64,000 nt of DNA from Psammoneis japonica (GCA_008632985.1 QPGO01000060.1:62001-126000), one strand, 5' to 3'; shown: positions 1-12,745, counted from the first letter of the stretch. Made by a program: numbers and translations. Notes: generated by a model from the sequence alone, not told the origin.

Positions 1-256
1 CATGAAACAAGAAAACGTGACGCCAGAGTCGGACAGCACAACCGCAGCGCGAGGTCTTCTTCAGATTCCCGGCGAAGCAACAACCTCAAAAACTGCAGAC
101 AGCAGTGCCACTGTTTGTGAAGAAACAACTGCTGCGTCTCACAAGAATCTCGCATCGGATGATCATGAGGAGCAGACGAAGCAAGAAAACCATCTACCAC
201 CAAGTGGCTCCGAGGAGTGCCCCATTGTAGTCCTCTCGGATTCTGACTCTGATTGA
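1..256 (+). CDS. 3' end of a gene entering from the left; low-complexity acidic/Ser-Thr C-terminus
   Basis: Open frame from the window edge to TGA at 254-256. Ends in PIVVLSDSDSD, which resembles a SUMO-interacting motif. Normal TA/CG content. Confidence 0.55.
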   Translation, partial: MKQENVTPESDSTTAARGLLQIPGEATTSKTADSSATVCEETTAASHKNLASDDHEEQTKQENHLPPSGSEECPIVVLSDSDSD

Positions 257-556
257 ATGAAACAATGAAATGACGGATGAAGCTGCGTGGACGGGACTCT
301 CTGTGTGGTGCTGACTTGTGACGCGCTTCTATTATTCTAAGGAAAAACATAGTACGTAGCATCGCCTTCGGGCAATCAAAAACACAAAGCGCCTTCAGAT
401 TACCAAAAAATTGTTTCAAAGTACCGTCGTCTATGAACTGTCTTTGCACTAACAGCCGCGTTGAACTAGATGGAGTTCACTCCCATCCTGAAAGGTAGAT
501 CTTAGTCTCATACTCTACAATGTGACCCAACTTCGGAGGAAGCGACCATTATGCAC

Positions 557-2129
557 CTACTTGTTGTAGGGCTTTACACTAGTACGTCGAAAGCAAAAGG
601 AAAACTTGAATGAGCAAAAATGACACGTTTTTAGGCAGCCTTAACTGCATCCAAGGAAAAGACATCAGCGAGTGTCACGTACTCGACGATTTTGTGGTCA
701 ATAACATGGTTCGTCTCTTTTAAGGCACTGTCGGCATCACATGGGTTCTTATAGAAAACAAATCCAAAGCCACGACCATGCATGACGTATACTGAGTTCA
801 GTGGCCCAAACTGTTTGAAGTAAGACCTCATGCTATCCTCCGTGGTTTGCCACGCTAATCCGCCAACAAATAACTTGCCGTTGTGATGTTTTTCTCCACT
901 AACATGGCCGCCCGATGAAGAGGAAGTAACTGAAGCATCTGCCGTCTCCTGACGCACCAGCTTGCTTTGGAACCTCGTAGGTAACACAGTCGTCCAGTCC
1001 CCTTCTTTGGCAGCAACATTGGGCTTTAGTACGGCCAAACCAGAGTACGTCAATCGCACGTAAGATTCAAGCGACAAACCCACGGCTCTATCATCCCGAT
1101 CCTTAACTTTGATCACAGGCTTATCCGGCGCTGAGAGGTTGCGCCTTCCCCATTCTATGAAGTTTTTCTGTGTTGCTAAGGTACGGATATCCTGATAGCT
1201 CTTGCGATCTTTCGCTCCAACCTTTTCATAAAAATTATGAGCCATGTTCGCCTCGTCAGCCCAGCTCGAGTAGACACTAATGCCTTCAACAACATTGCGA
1301 TACTGAGCATTCAACACTACACTGCAAAATAAGGCAAACTTCCCACGAGTCTGAAGGTCCGGCTGCTTTACAACCACTTTGGACTCATCATACTCTTGCT
1401 TTGTAGTAGCTGAACTATCCTCCCTTTCCTCAGCCGATGGAGTTGAAATGCTATCATCCTCCTCATCGTGACTTCCTGGTGGCCCGCCAAGAACATCGAA
1501 CTCCAAGACATGACAACGTTTGCATTGTCAATCAGGACTTTCGCAACCACATCAGGGCGATAAATGATGACGGTAAATACACCGATGTCCCGCAGACGTG
1601 CCAACGCGTAACTATAATCACCGTCCGATGTGATCAAAACCACACACGCCTTCTCTCCTCTAGCCGCACGTTCCCACGCAAAGCAGAGAACATCCACGAT
1701 TAATTTCTTGTCGAGAGTTTCTTTTCGATTCCGACTCGGACAATCAACCAGCGTGAATCCGCTTAGATCGAGATCTGAGCGCGGTGCAGATAATTCAGCA
1801 GGCTGTCTTGAGTCATAGTACAGTCTTTTCTCCACGATTCGTCCGTATTTCGCTACCTTGCTACGGATGCTCTCTGACGCTGTCGTTGCTGGGCACCAAA
1901 CTGGGATTCTCACATTTTCAAAGTCCCAAAAAACAGCAACGTCGGCTGATCCGACAGATGGAAAGTCCGTGGCATTGAAAGGCTGTGATATCTGCTGTAT
2001 GTTATCCTCGGAAACGGTGGAGGCCTTTACCCGAAGCTTCAACCGGCCTTGTGCCCTTATTTGCTGCTGTTGCAAGACAGTCCCCAGTGCTTGGTTTTGG
2101 AATGAACATTGTCCTCGTAGCTGTCGACT
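557..2129 (-). CDS. NYN (Limkain-b1/MARF1-type) nuclease domain plus C-terminal RRM; apparent 1-nt frameshift near 1503; start unresolved
   Basis: NYN motifs VAVFWDFENV, KETLDKKL and VVLITSDGDY in ORF 1368-2075. RRM motifs KLFVGGL and RGFGFVFY in ORF 631-1506. A GT-AG intron 682->579 gives the C-terminus DHKIVDVKPYNK* (stop 557-559). No in-frame ATG is seen between the upstream stop (2130-2132) and the domain. Confidence 0.8.
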
Positions 2130-2337
2130 TTAGATCATGTCCTCTAGTGGAAACACGAATACCAAGCACCTAGTATGGCTCACACCGTGCAGCGTGTCAG
2201 TTTCCCACAAAAAGTTGGAGTTTTCCCGATCCCACACGTTGATTGGTCAGCGAAATTTTCAGAGTAGTATTGAGCCACGCTGAGAGCACATCATTTTCAG
2301 TACGTCACGGAGTAGTACTGCTATTCTTATCCCGAAT

Positions 2338-3281
2338 TTAACAGTGATGCTGTTTTCCGGCGTTCATAACAAAAAAAATTATAAATTCGCGCCAAGGAAA
2401 ATTTCCGTGTTGGTGGCACCACAAATGCATTGATCTGGCAATGCCATAACCTATAACCTGCGGTATCACACGACGTTGTAAGCGTGATTGCCAAAAAGAC
2501 AACATCCTTGCAAATGGCATCCAGAGACTTTTGGGCATGGGAGTTGTGTACTTGGCTTCGTGCGTATTTCCAAAATGCCACCAGGAGTCTTGGGCGTAAG
2601 TCCCCGACAGAGAAAGAGGGTAAGGCAGATTTATTGTGAGATTCTCTTTAGCGGAATGCAGATCACTTAGAAGGTTTTGTCTTATCTCACAAGTCTCGGA
2701 ATTGGCAAGAAGCGCTAGACAAGGAAACAAAATTCTTGGCTTGAGAGGGTGGCAAAAACAAAACAACCGTTTTCGTATCTGGTGAATGAGCATACGGGTT
2801 GTGTACAACTGGCTTCTCATTTTGATTGACTTGACGATTCTGGGGGTCTTGAATTTCGTGCTTTGTTTCTTTGAAAATATCATCCCGCCATTCAGTTGAG
2901 CTTTCAATTCTTCATTGTCGTTGTTACTGTCTTCTGCTTGAGGTTTTCTTGCAAACGACGATGTACTCGAAAGGCTCGTGCGGCGGCACGAGGGGGTATT
3001 GTAAGGATTTTGAGGTTTCGAGGTTGAGCTGCTTTGCGAACTAGTCGTTCAATTGCATCGAGGTGTGGCAGTGCCAGTTGTTCGCATTGCTGTAGCTTGT
3101 TCCAGATCATCTTCGCTATCGCATAAGTCAACCACTTCAGAGGTATCGACTTTGCTTAAGACACACATGCAGTAGCAGTCTAGCTTTCTGCAGAAACAGA
3201 CGTGGACGACGGTCTTCCCTGTTCTTCATCTTTACCAGCTTCCTCTTCACCGTCATCATGTTCTTGTACTTGTACTCCCAT
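2338..3281 (-). pseudogene. Degraded gene of unknown function
   Basis: One frame from an ATG at ~3281 (MGVQVQEHDDGEEE...LVDLCDSEDD...) runs into ORF 2338-2907 but is broken by in-frame TAG, TAA and TGA. Confidence 0.35.
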
Positions 3282-3727
3282 ACTTCTGCATGTACCAATT
3301 GCCTAGTTTGCTATACCTTCCAAAGGTAGATGCCACCGATGATCATCCTGTTGCTTCACTTTAGCAATTTCATAAACCGCTTCTGGGGTAATAGTTCACT
3401 TCTCCATACCCGACGCTTGCTTGACAAGCCAAGACGTTTGGAGGAGATCTCACTTGAAACATAAAGGTTCGATCCGACATGGCTGACAGTAAAACACCCA
3501 ACGGAGTGCCTCGTTTGCACTTGTCGGCTTGTCGGGTGTTGCGTCGTTGAATTGCTCGCAAAACTAGAGCCATGTTGAATGTTGATGCCGAGCGGTCCCA
3601 AGGCCTAGCCAATCGCAGGACCAGGTTTTTGCAGCACCAGCTGGAACACGGAGCTAAACATGATGAACAAATGACATGCTTAGAATTGAAACAGTTGCTG
3701 TCGTAAGAACTCTCTAGGATTACCGTA

Positions 3728-5127
3728 GGGTTTTAGGGGGGAGATTTCATTGACCACTCGGTGGTTGGTGATTGCAGACTTTTTCGTGTCAGTCAGTCAG
3801 TCAGTCAGTCAGTCAGTGGGTGGGTGGGTGGGTCGGTCGGTCGGTCGGTCGGTCGGTCGGTGGGTGGGTCGGTCGGTCGGGATGTCGGCAATTGAAAGTG
3901 TGTCCCTCGGTGTTCGAAACGGCATGGTTTGTTTAGTACATGTGTGTTATTCGCATTGTTAGAATGATCGTTAGGGACATTGGGTCTCGCGAGGACTTCC
4001 TAAAAAAGCGACAAAATCCCTACGATGGGTGTGTGGCGCACGGTTTTTTCGGAAGAGCTCGAAACTGTAGTCAGACAGGGATTGCCGGCGTGTGGTGGTG
4101 AAGATTCACACGGCTGTCAAGAGATGTAAATTTTCGTGAATTGTACGCTACACTGTTGCATTGGAAAAACACATCGAACAACAAGAGAGTTTGTGCGATG
4201 CGCCATTTGGGCGGTAAATTGGACAAAAAAGAGTGTCCGTGGGCCTCGTTGCAGCCCCTGAAAATGGCATGAACCATAAAATTCAATGGACTTTTTCATG
4301 TCAGTCAGTCAGTCAGTCAGTCAGTCAGTGGGTGGGTGGGTCGGTCGGTTGGTGGGTGGGTCGGTCGGGATGTCGGCGATTGAGAGTGTGTCCCTCGGCA
4401 TTCGAAACGGCATGGTTTGTTTGGCACAGGTGTGTCACTCGCGTTGTTAGAATGATCGTTGGGGACATTGGGTTTCGCGGGGACTTCCTAAAAAAGCAAT
4501 AAATTCCCTGCAACGGGTGCGTGGTGCGGTTTTTCGGAAGAGCTCGAATCTGCGGTAAAATTGGGATTGCCGGCGTGGGATGTTCGACGACACATGCAGT
4601 TCTTGACAGATGTTGTTTTTAGTGAGTTGTACGCGAAACGGTCACATTGGAAAAAACATGTTGAACAACAAGAAGGTTTGTGCGATGCACTGTTTCGGCG
4701 GTGAATTGGACAAAAAAGAGTGTCCCTGCACCTTGCTGCAGCCCCAAAAATGGCATGAGCCACAAAGCACAATGGCCACACCGCACAACATCCGCGCCAC
4801 CGGTGCGGTGGCCACGCCACCCTGCCTGCCGCCACAATGCCAGCCCCGGCGGTGGGGCCCTGCGTACGTGCAGGCAATGCTGCATGCAACGGCACACACC
4901 CACACCCACAAAGAAAGACAAGTGGTCAATGCTCCTCGCAGGCTGGTTTTTTTTAATTGTGATGGGGAGTCCCCCCCTGGAAATCAAAAGCGCGGGAACG
5001 GGGGGCCCATTTGGCTCGATGTGCACCACATGTAGTACAGTAGGTAGCAACCACGTAATAGAAGCGGCTCATGACCCATTTCTTCAGACAAAATAAACTG
5101 GGGGCCCCCCTGTCCTCCTAAAAACCC
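3728..5127. mobile_element. Non-autonomous TIR element (~1.4 kb) with an internal ~510-bp tandem duplication and microsatellites
   Basis: Imperfect terminal inverted repeats GGGTTTTAGG at 3728 and CCTAAAAACCC ending at 5127, each flanked by TA. No credible coding region. Confidence 0.55.
3775..4760. repeat. Two tandem ~510-bp units, each starting with (GTCA)n then (GGGT)n/(GGTC)n
   Basis: Microsatellites at 3787-3880 and 4300-4369, followed by alignable unique sequence (e.g. agaatgatcgtt, ggaagagctcgaa and aattggacaaaaaagagtgtcc occur in both units). Confidence 0.9.
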
Positions 5128-6717
5128 TAAATCGGATGTTGGATGTGATGGATGTGGGATATGTGATCTAATAAAGGCACCCATGCTAAATCTCTATTGC
5201 GAATGCGCGCATTACGGTAGTGCGCGCCTCTCATCCGTCACGATGAGCGATGATAAGGCGAGAGGCGATGAAAGATGATACCATAGGGAGAAATGATGAT
5301 CGGCGATCAACGCCGATGTGAAGATGATGTTGCTGCTTGTGGCGAGGGCAGTTCTCTCGACATTGTGAAGATCTCCTCTTCTACGAGTGACGACAACAAC
5401 GAGTGGAGTAGCACAGCAATGCATTCAGACTGTGACGCCACAACAGAGCGATTGCGAGAATCATGCGCTGTGTTCATAGAAAAGGAAGAAGTGATTGTCG
5501 GACGACTCGTTGACAACCTTTCCGATATCCAACAGGACCCATTGCAATGTGACGTCAATTGTCACAACAATTTCTTGAAGTGATCTCTCCAATGTGATGA
5601 GCAGAACCGCTGCGGTGAAGGATGAGATATTCTTCTAGATGCGGATCGAGATGAGAAAATTGCAGAAAAGCTAATTCGGAATTTTCAGAAAAGAGGCTCA
5701 GAAAGCAGGAGCAACGCGGGTGCAACATGTCTCGGGCCATCAAAAAGAGGGCAAACGAGAACCAAACTGAATATGATGGCACTGCGAAAAGATTTTGTAT
5801 TTGCTGTGGACGGGTGCGTGGAGGCATACTGCTGTCTGTGGATACTCAATACGGTATTGTGAGTACTGTATTGTGATACCAGTTCTTTGAAGTTTAGTCT
5901 AGAACCTGAACAGAGCAACGAAGGTTCAATCAAGAGACAAATACTTGGAAGCTTGATCTCATGCTGTGAAGCTTTGACTTTTGATTTGATCGAGAAACAA
6001 TCGCTTTCCACGAATGCCAGTCGAAAACTGTTCCCAAACCTCCATGGGGCCACGGTCGTGGCAAGTTGGGATGCTCCAATGCTTTCACTCACTTTTTGTC
6101 CCAGCTTAGAGAAAGAACAGTCTCCCACGTCCCCAGCACCATCCCTTTTATCATGATGAACGACGACGCCAGTGTCATGTCCCATACGAGCGCTCGAACG
6201 ATCAAGGCATCCAACGTGAGCGCCGCGGCAAAGAAGGTGAGTTTGATGTATTCGTTTTATTCAGGGCTCTTTCCGACATTGCCATGCCTTTACATACAAT
6301 CAAAAACATTGTGAGCGACTCGCTACGTGATTTGCGTTCAATGGAGGGGTTGCGTGTAGTTCTTGAGTTGTGCTTCTTGTACCGTAGTGACGCTGCAGCG
6401 GCCGAGACGCATTGGCTTGGAACGCTTTTCGCATTGCTCTTCTTGGAGTCTTCCGTTACTGCCTTGGTCATAGGCTTGGGTACAAGTTCTACGCGACAGC
6501 CGTTTTCATTTGGAGAACGTTGATGGATTGCATTTTTCCGTTACGTTCTGGGGTCGTAGACTAGGGTACTAATTCTACGCGACAACCATTTCAGACAGGG
6601 TCAACCACCCCAAAAAGCGGCTTCCCGTGTCTTGTCATTTCTTCTCATACACGTCGTTGTTTCCTCTCCACTTTGTTTCAATAGAAAGCGAAAGCACGAT
6701 TACGAAGGAAAGCCATC

Positions 6718-7952
6718 ATGGCATCGGACAGTGACGTATCTATTGCTCGAACGGGTGAGTTCCAACCGACTTGCTGGTTGTTGTCGCTAATTATTCCGTA
6801 TATCAGACGACTCATTTTCCTTGTGATTTTGCCGTTACAGCAGATGTGGTACCGGTAAAACTCATAGCAGAGATCTGTCAAACCTTTGTCAAGCTCCAGG
6901 AGACCGATGTAAACGATGCCGAAGTCTCTTGTCGGTACATTGAACGTTTCCAAAAGCTTGTCGATCGCCTTCCTCGAGAGTTGCAGACGTCATTTCTGTT
7001 GCAGCTCTCCTCCCATAAGAATCATCGCCTTCGGTTGATGGATGTCGATCACTTTGAGGAGGTAGCTCGAGAAAGTGAAGAGCGTCGCAAGGAGGAAGCT
7101 CGGGAAAGTGAAGAGCGTCGCAAGGAGGAAGTTCGGGAAAGTGAAGAGCGTCGCAAGGAGGAGGCTCAGAAAAGTGAAGAGCGTTGCAAGGAGGAGGCTC
7201 AAGCAAGTGAAGAGCGTCGCAAGGAGGAGGCTCGGAAAAGCGAAGAGCTTGTAGAACAAAGGGAAACCGAGGTCCGTGCTGGCATCGTCAAAGTGCTCAG
7301 CGAGCTTCAAGATGTTGCTCGCGAGGAACTCCTAGCAAGTCAAAAGCGAGAGTGCGAAAACCAGAGGAAGGCTCGATCTGCTCTTTGCCTTGAATCAAAG
7401 GACGACGTCAGTCCTGATGAGGCAATCTCGCCTGATAAGAGGCAGCTCGGCAGCCCGAACCATTCGTCTTCGCCGAGAAGCAACAGCTCTTCCAGCTCGG
7501 CAGCCTCCGCGCGTACCAAAGCTGGTGGTGATCTTCTTGATATGGAAGTCTTCGTTTACAAGAACTTTGCTAACGACGGAACTGCGATATCTCTCTCCGA
7601 CTCTGCCGTCGAAGGGATTCATCAGTTGGTTGAGAATACGAACGACAAGCAAGAGCTCACCGATAGTCTGAAGAAGTTCTTTAATCAAGGGGGGATCATG
7701 GTTGGCAACTGCGGACCACGAGATCTTGCCATCAGTCTTTGCAAGGGCTCCAAGAAGGAACGCGATTCACATTTAAGATTGGTTACGATTTTGGATAACC
7801 TTCAGACCCAGGCTCACAAGGAGCTTCAAGCGAGTCGAAAGCGATTGCGCGAGACAAAGAACCAGGCTCGACGAGTTTTGGGTCGTAAGTCGAAGAAAGA
7901 CGAAGATCCGGATCGAGTCACACCTCCTGGCAAAAGGATCCGCGCCAACTAA
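6718..7952 (+). CDS. Hypothetical coiled-coil protein with 11-aa repeats; 2 exons (6718-6754, 6841-7952)
   Basis: ATG at 6718. The GTGAGT...TTACAG intron 6755-6840 joins in frame to ORF 6771-7952. Normal dinucleotide composition. Confidence 0.7.
7057..7250 (+). repeat. 33-bp coding tandem repeat, about 6 copies (EEARESEERRK)
   Basis: Repeated gaggaagctcgggaaagtgaagagcgtcgcaag with variants. Confidence 0.95.
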
Positions 7953-8162
7953 CATGCTTCTTCGATCGAATGGGATTTGTTCGAAGCTTTGAAATCCCCA
8001 CTTGTAGATTTTGGGACTTGTAGTGAAAGATTGCAGTAGCAGCACTGCGAAGTAACAAGAAACATTGATATAAAATAATTGCATCTTGAAAAAGTCAGTG
8101 CTGTACGTTCAATTGAAAAGTGAATTCATCCGTAGAGATCAGACTCGGTTTACGCTTGCAGG

Positions 8163-8575
8163 CATTCTCTGTGCAGGGACACTGTTGGATGTATTTCAGC
8201 AGAAGGAGAGCAGCATTGAATTTTGTCCATTGCAGTGTTTTCATGTGTCTGCAACATGCAGGTGCCCCCTTGTGCTTGATGCATGGAATTGCACCCTTCA
8301 AGCAAATCAATGCCCTCTGAATCCCAACAGGCTCTTAATGTGGTCAGACCACATTTGAAGTTTGAAGCACAAATGTTCTGCAGGGACACTGTTGGATGAA
8401 TTTCAGCAGAAGGAGAGCAGCATTGAATTTTGCCCATTGCAGTGATTTCACATGTCTGCAACATGCAGGCACACAACCTTGTGTTTGATGCATGGAATGC
8501 CATCCTTCGAGCAAAAACCAATGCCCTCCAAATCCCAACAGGCTCTCAGTGTGGTCAGACCACACTTGAAGCACA
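8163..8575. repeat. ~210-bp tandem duplication at the left edge of a TA-depleted block
   Basis: tgcagggacactgttggatg...tgtggtcagaccaca occurs twice (from ~8172 and ~8379). Confidence 0.9.
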
Positions 8576-8579
8576 AACA

Positions 8580-10840
8580 TTGGTGAAGTGAAGCAGAGCA
8601 GCTCATCACAACCAATTTAGAATGAGCGGGTCCACTCAGGCCGATCGCACAATGACAGCTTGTCCAGCCAACCAGTTTTTCAATGTTTGGTGCTGCATTT
8701 GAAGTGCCACCCATGCATGTCATTCCCTGCACTCAGACCATGAAACCAAATTTCCACAGCCACAGGTGATGAAACAAATGATGCTTGTGCAATTCAAGTC
8801 AAAAATCACAGGACCAAAGCACTCTGAGAGCTTTGCAGCTCAGATTGACACAACAAGCAAGGGGGCAACAATGTCCTGTGCTGACAACAGCATGTTTGGC
8901 ACCCTGTGCAATCTAGCCAGTGCTGCAAGAGCAAGCAAGAAGCATTGGGAGCCTTGTGTGCAGTGCCCTGTGCATGGACCCCATGAATCCTGCAGTTGCA
9001 AGCAATGCCAGATAAAGAAAACCCAAGCACAAGAAGCAGAAAAGTGATTTCATGGGATGGCAGCAAAAGATGCAGCAAACCATGTGTGCTCCCCCTGTGA
9101 ATGATCACAAAGACAACCTGTCTGCACTCCATTCTAACCAAAAGCTGCAAGCAAAGCATTTTCTGCTGGCTGTTTTGAAGCTGGTGTGAGCAAAAGTTTC
9201 ATGGAAGAAGATGAAGACACACACAACGCTTTTGCTGCAAATTGTTGTGTGCCACTCAACAGCCCAACGGCCCAATTCTTCCCTTTTTCCAATGCCTCTG
9301 TCTCTTAAATCCAAACAAATGCATGCAAAATTGCAAGTGGGCCCAGAGCAGAATGGCTCAGAAGGCAACACCAAAAATGCACCCTGCCACCTCAACCACA
9401 ATGCATTTGTGTTTGTGCAATGCTGCTCAGCATGTGCTGCAGCTTTGCAGCCACACAGCAAAGTGCGACATTGTGAGATGAGCATTTTTTTTTTTCACAG
9501 ACAAGACACAACAACTGCAAAGTAGTGCCAAGCACAAGCTGGGCATGCATGTGCAACAATGTTGAGTTTTGCATCATTGTGCATCTTCTGCCTGTGAGAG
9601 AAGACATGCATCTGTTGCTGTGGTTGTGGAGTGACATGGTTGTGAAGGGCTGGTTCATGAAAGAGCAGCATTCTCTTGCACACTCAACCACCAGATCAAT
9701 TGCCATTGCCATGCCTTGTTTGGCACCTCATTTCTGTGCTTCAATGAGCCTGGCTGGTTTTTGCTGTGGCGCAGCCCTTGATGAAATGATGCCTCATTGA
9801 GCCTGGAGGGGGCATGTCCTGCACCAAATTGGTCCATTCCCTGTGCAGTTCTTTGCAGTGAGTCAAAACAGAAGTTCCAGCTGTCATCTCAAAAGCACAC
9901 CTTTGGTGTGGTGAGCCCAGCTGGGCTTTTGTGGACCAGCTGGCATGGCAGCAGTGGCCTGGCACAACTGGCAAAGGCTGCTCAGTTGGGTCAAGCGCAG
10001 TTTCTTCAGCCACTGCCGCTTGGGTCCCATTGTTTGCAGCATGCCATTTGCCACATCATTGTTGTCAGGGGTCATCACTTTGCAGCCTTTGCACAGACGT
10101 GCAGCGCAGCATCCACCCCCGCCACTGCCTTTGCAGTCTGTTGAGCTGTCTTGCTCCATCACATGGCAAACGGCCAAGTTTGCAGTGCATTGTTTGTGCC
10201 TGTCCACACTTGAAGTTTTTGGCAATCCTCCTGCCCTGCACCATTCACAAGACACTTGGGAATGGCGCAAAAGAAAAAAATGCAAAAAGTTCTTGAATGG
10301 ATCGCCCAACAATTGCACCACAAAATGATGCAATGTTCCACCAAAGTCACACAGACATGTGTGTGAGCAACATGTGGCATGATCCAAAAAACTGTCAATG
10401 TCACAGTTCAGGAGTGTGAGGTCCCACCTGCTGGAGAGCTGGAATGCATCTTGATTTGGTTTAGAAACTGCCACTTGTGTCTGTGCTCCCAAACTCCCTC
10501 AAGCACAGGCATGAAGAACACCATCTTAAATTCTGGCCTCAAGAGAGACACAGCATTCAGTCAGAGACTGAGGGAAGTTCTAAAAAAGGTCCTTTCTTTG
10601 TCTCCTGACAAGTCTGAATTTCCCAATCACTGTCATTTTTTGTGTTGCTTCATAAAATTTCTGCAATGACTTTGCACATGGAACATTCATGGTGAGAAAA
10701 AAAATTGGTGCTTTCCAAATCATCACCAATTTCTTTGTGCTCCATGCGGCAGCACAGCTGCACAAAATGCAAAAAAACTGCCACCAAGCAAGGTGACATC
10801 TTGGTTGTTGAGATCCCTCCAGAACACAGTGTGTGGCATC
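8580..10840. mobile_element. Heavily mutated sequence of unresolved class (probably a decayed element)
   Basis: Near absence of TA and CG, with dense spurious C/H-rich ORFs. No motif I can assign with confidence. Confidence 0.35.
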
Positions 10841-10844
10841 TCTC

Positions 10845-12745
10845 ATCTGCATCCTCAAATGCCGCAGCTCTCTCTGGTGCCTTTGCCTTCATCAGCCTTG
10901 ATGACAATCCTTCCATGCAGCCTGAAGTTACAACTGGAACTCACTTTCTTGAACAGCCTGTTGGATCTCCATCCTTCACTTCCAACTTTCTTGAAGCCAA
11001 GATCTCATCATCTGTCAAAGCCCTTCAAAATCTCACCACTCATCTTAAAGACAAGCAAACTCAAAGTTGTCTCTTCCACCACTGTGCCATCCCCTCCATT
11101 GCCCACTTGCTTGCAGCCAACAATGCATGTCATGAGTTCAACCCTTCAACCCATTTGATTCCCCAGACCTCTTCCACTGGGCTTCTCAACTCACCAATGC
11201 TGTCATTGGCTGTTCTCTCTACTTCCTCTCCTGCCTTGCAGCCGCCCCTCTTCTGCTCCTGACTTCTGCCCTCCTCATCACCTTCCTCCCCACTCCCCTT
11301 GGCAGTGTTGCTGGTTGCCGTGATGCACCTGCTTCTGCCATCTTGTCATTCCTCTCCTCTCTCATGTGCTCTTTCCACTTCACAAAACATGGCATTTCTT
11401 TGGTTGGATGCCAATGCTTTCACCTCCCACCCAGCTGCTCTGCTGCTCTTTCCTTGTGGTCTGACCCATGCTCCACCATGTGCCTCTGCACCATCTTTCA
11501 CCACCTTGCCCCCACAACCCTCTTCTCTCTTGACTCTCCTGCCCTCAGCTCCCTCCCCTCTGCTGTGTGTGACCACAATGTGCCCACTTGCACCACCACC
11601 AACGTGACACTCTCTTGCTCCTCCAAAGCCACCAAGACCTTTGCCACATCCTCCCTTCCCTTCTGTCACTCCTTGCAGGTCTTTGCCTTCACCCCCTCTC
11701 CCGCTTGAACCATCCAACTGCCCCTCTTCTGCTTGCTTCACCCTCCTCCTCTGAAAACTTCATCTCCCTGTCTTTCCTCTCAATCTTTGCCAACTGCCAG
11801 GCCCACGTGGTTGCTGCATCCCTGATCCCTGTGGTGACCATGCCTTTGCCTGCTCCAAAATGTGCAAAGGCCCTCTTTCCAATCACATGCATGACGCCAT
11901 CCACGCTGTCATCAAAGCCCTTGGCTGGTGCCCCATCTGGCCTTTGTCACTCTCAACAACACATTTTCCTTAAGCCTGTTGGCCTTCTCCTTGTTTTCCC
12001 ACTAAAACAACCTGCTGACATGATGGTGCCTAACTCGCCACTGGCTCCACCCCTCCCAACACCCATCTGTGCACAACTTTCTCGCCACCAATGTCACAGC
12101 ACCTCTGGCTCCTCCTCAGCCTGCATCTGGTTTGCCTGCCCCCCCCCACTGGCCTCCTGTCCAAGGCTCACCTCAGCAGTGTTTGGGAAAAGCTCATTGG
12201 CAGTTGCAAAACTTCTTCCTCATGTGGCTCCTTCATTGTCTCCTTGTCCATCAACCAAGCTGGCATCTTTCTCCCTCCACTCGCCCTTGGCCATCTGGGT
12301 GGAGCTGGGCACCACTTCCACATCCTTTCTTTTTGGCCATCACTCTCATGCTGCTGCTGCTGCCTACCCCCTCCACCCAAGCCACCTTGGACTTCCCCTG
12401 CTGATTTCTCTCACTCCCAAGTTTCCCACTCTGCTTTCCAACCCTCGCTCCTCGCCCCTGTTAACCTCCTTCTTCTCGACCACGCCAATGTTGCCTCCTG
12501 GAAACAACTGTCTCCCAACCGCTTTGGTTCCTCCTATTTCTGCTCTACCCCCCAACCTTGGGTCACCCAACTCCTCAGCCTCAACATTGGATTGGCTCTC
12601 TCCAGCCATCCATCCACATGCGAATCCTTTCTTTTCTGCCGTCGATCGATCGCTCGCCACTTCTTCCCGCCCGTCTGTCCGCACCACCGGCCCTGCCTTT
12701 TTCAACGCCATCCCGCACTATCCTTCCGCCCTTTTCCGCATCAAA
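10845..12745 (+). mobile_element. 5'-truncated, decayed CRE-like non-LTR retrotransposon (RT C-terminus, CCHC knuckle, restriction-like endonuclease)
   Basis: DDNPSMQPEVTTGTHFLEQPVGSPSF...KDKQTQSCLFHHCAIPSIAHLLAAN aligns with DDPTLHPKITTGLCFLGQPIGSPAF...HDTQTKSSLCRTCAIPSLLHLLASN in the 53-kb element. DPCGDHAFAC at ~11820 and KQPAD at ~12005. Confidence 0.8.

Noticed and set aside
3726..3742. Interstitial telomere
   Set aside because: Only about two imperfect units, better explained as the TIR paired with 5113-5129.
5293..6523. Short ORFs on both strands, possibly a decayed gene
   Set aside because: Multiple stops and no recognisable motif; I cannot assign strand or product.
8766..10500. Possible MULE-type transposase remnant on the minus strand
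   Set aside because: Only a vague resemblance in one short peptide; too degraded to support.
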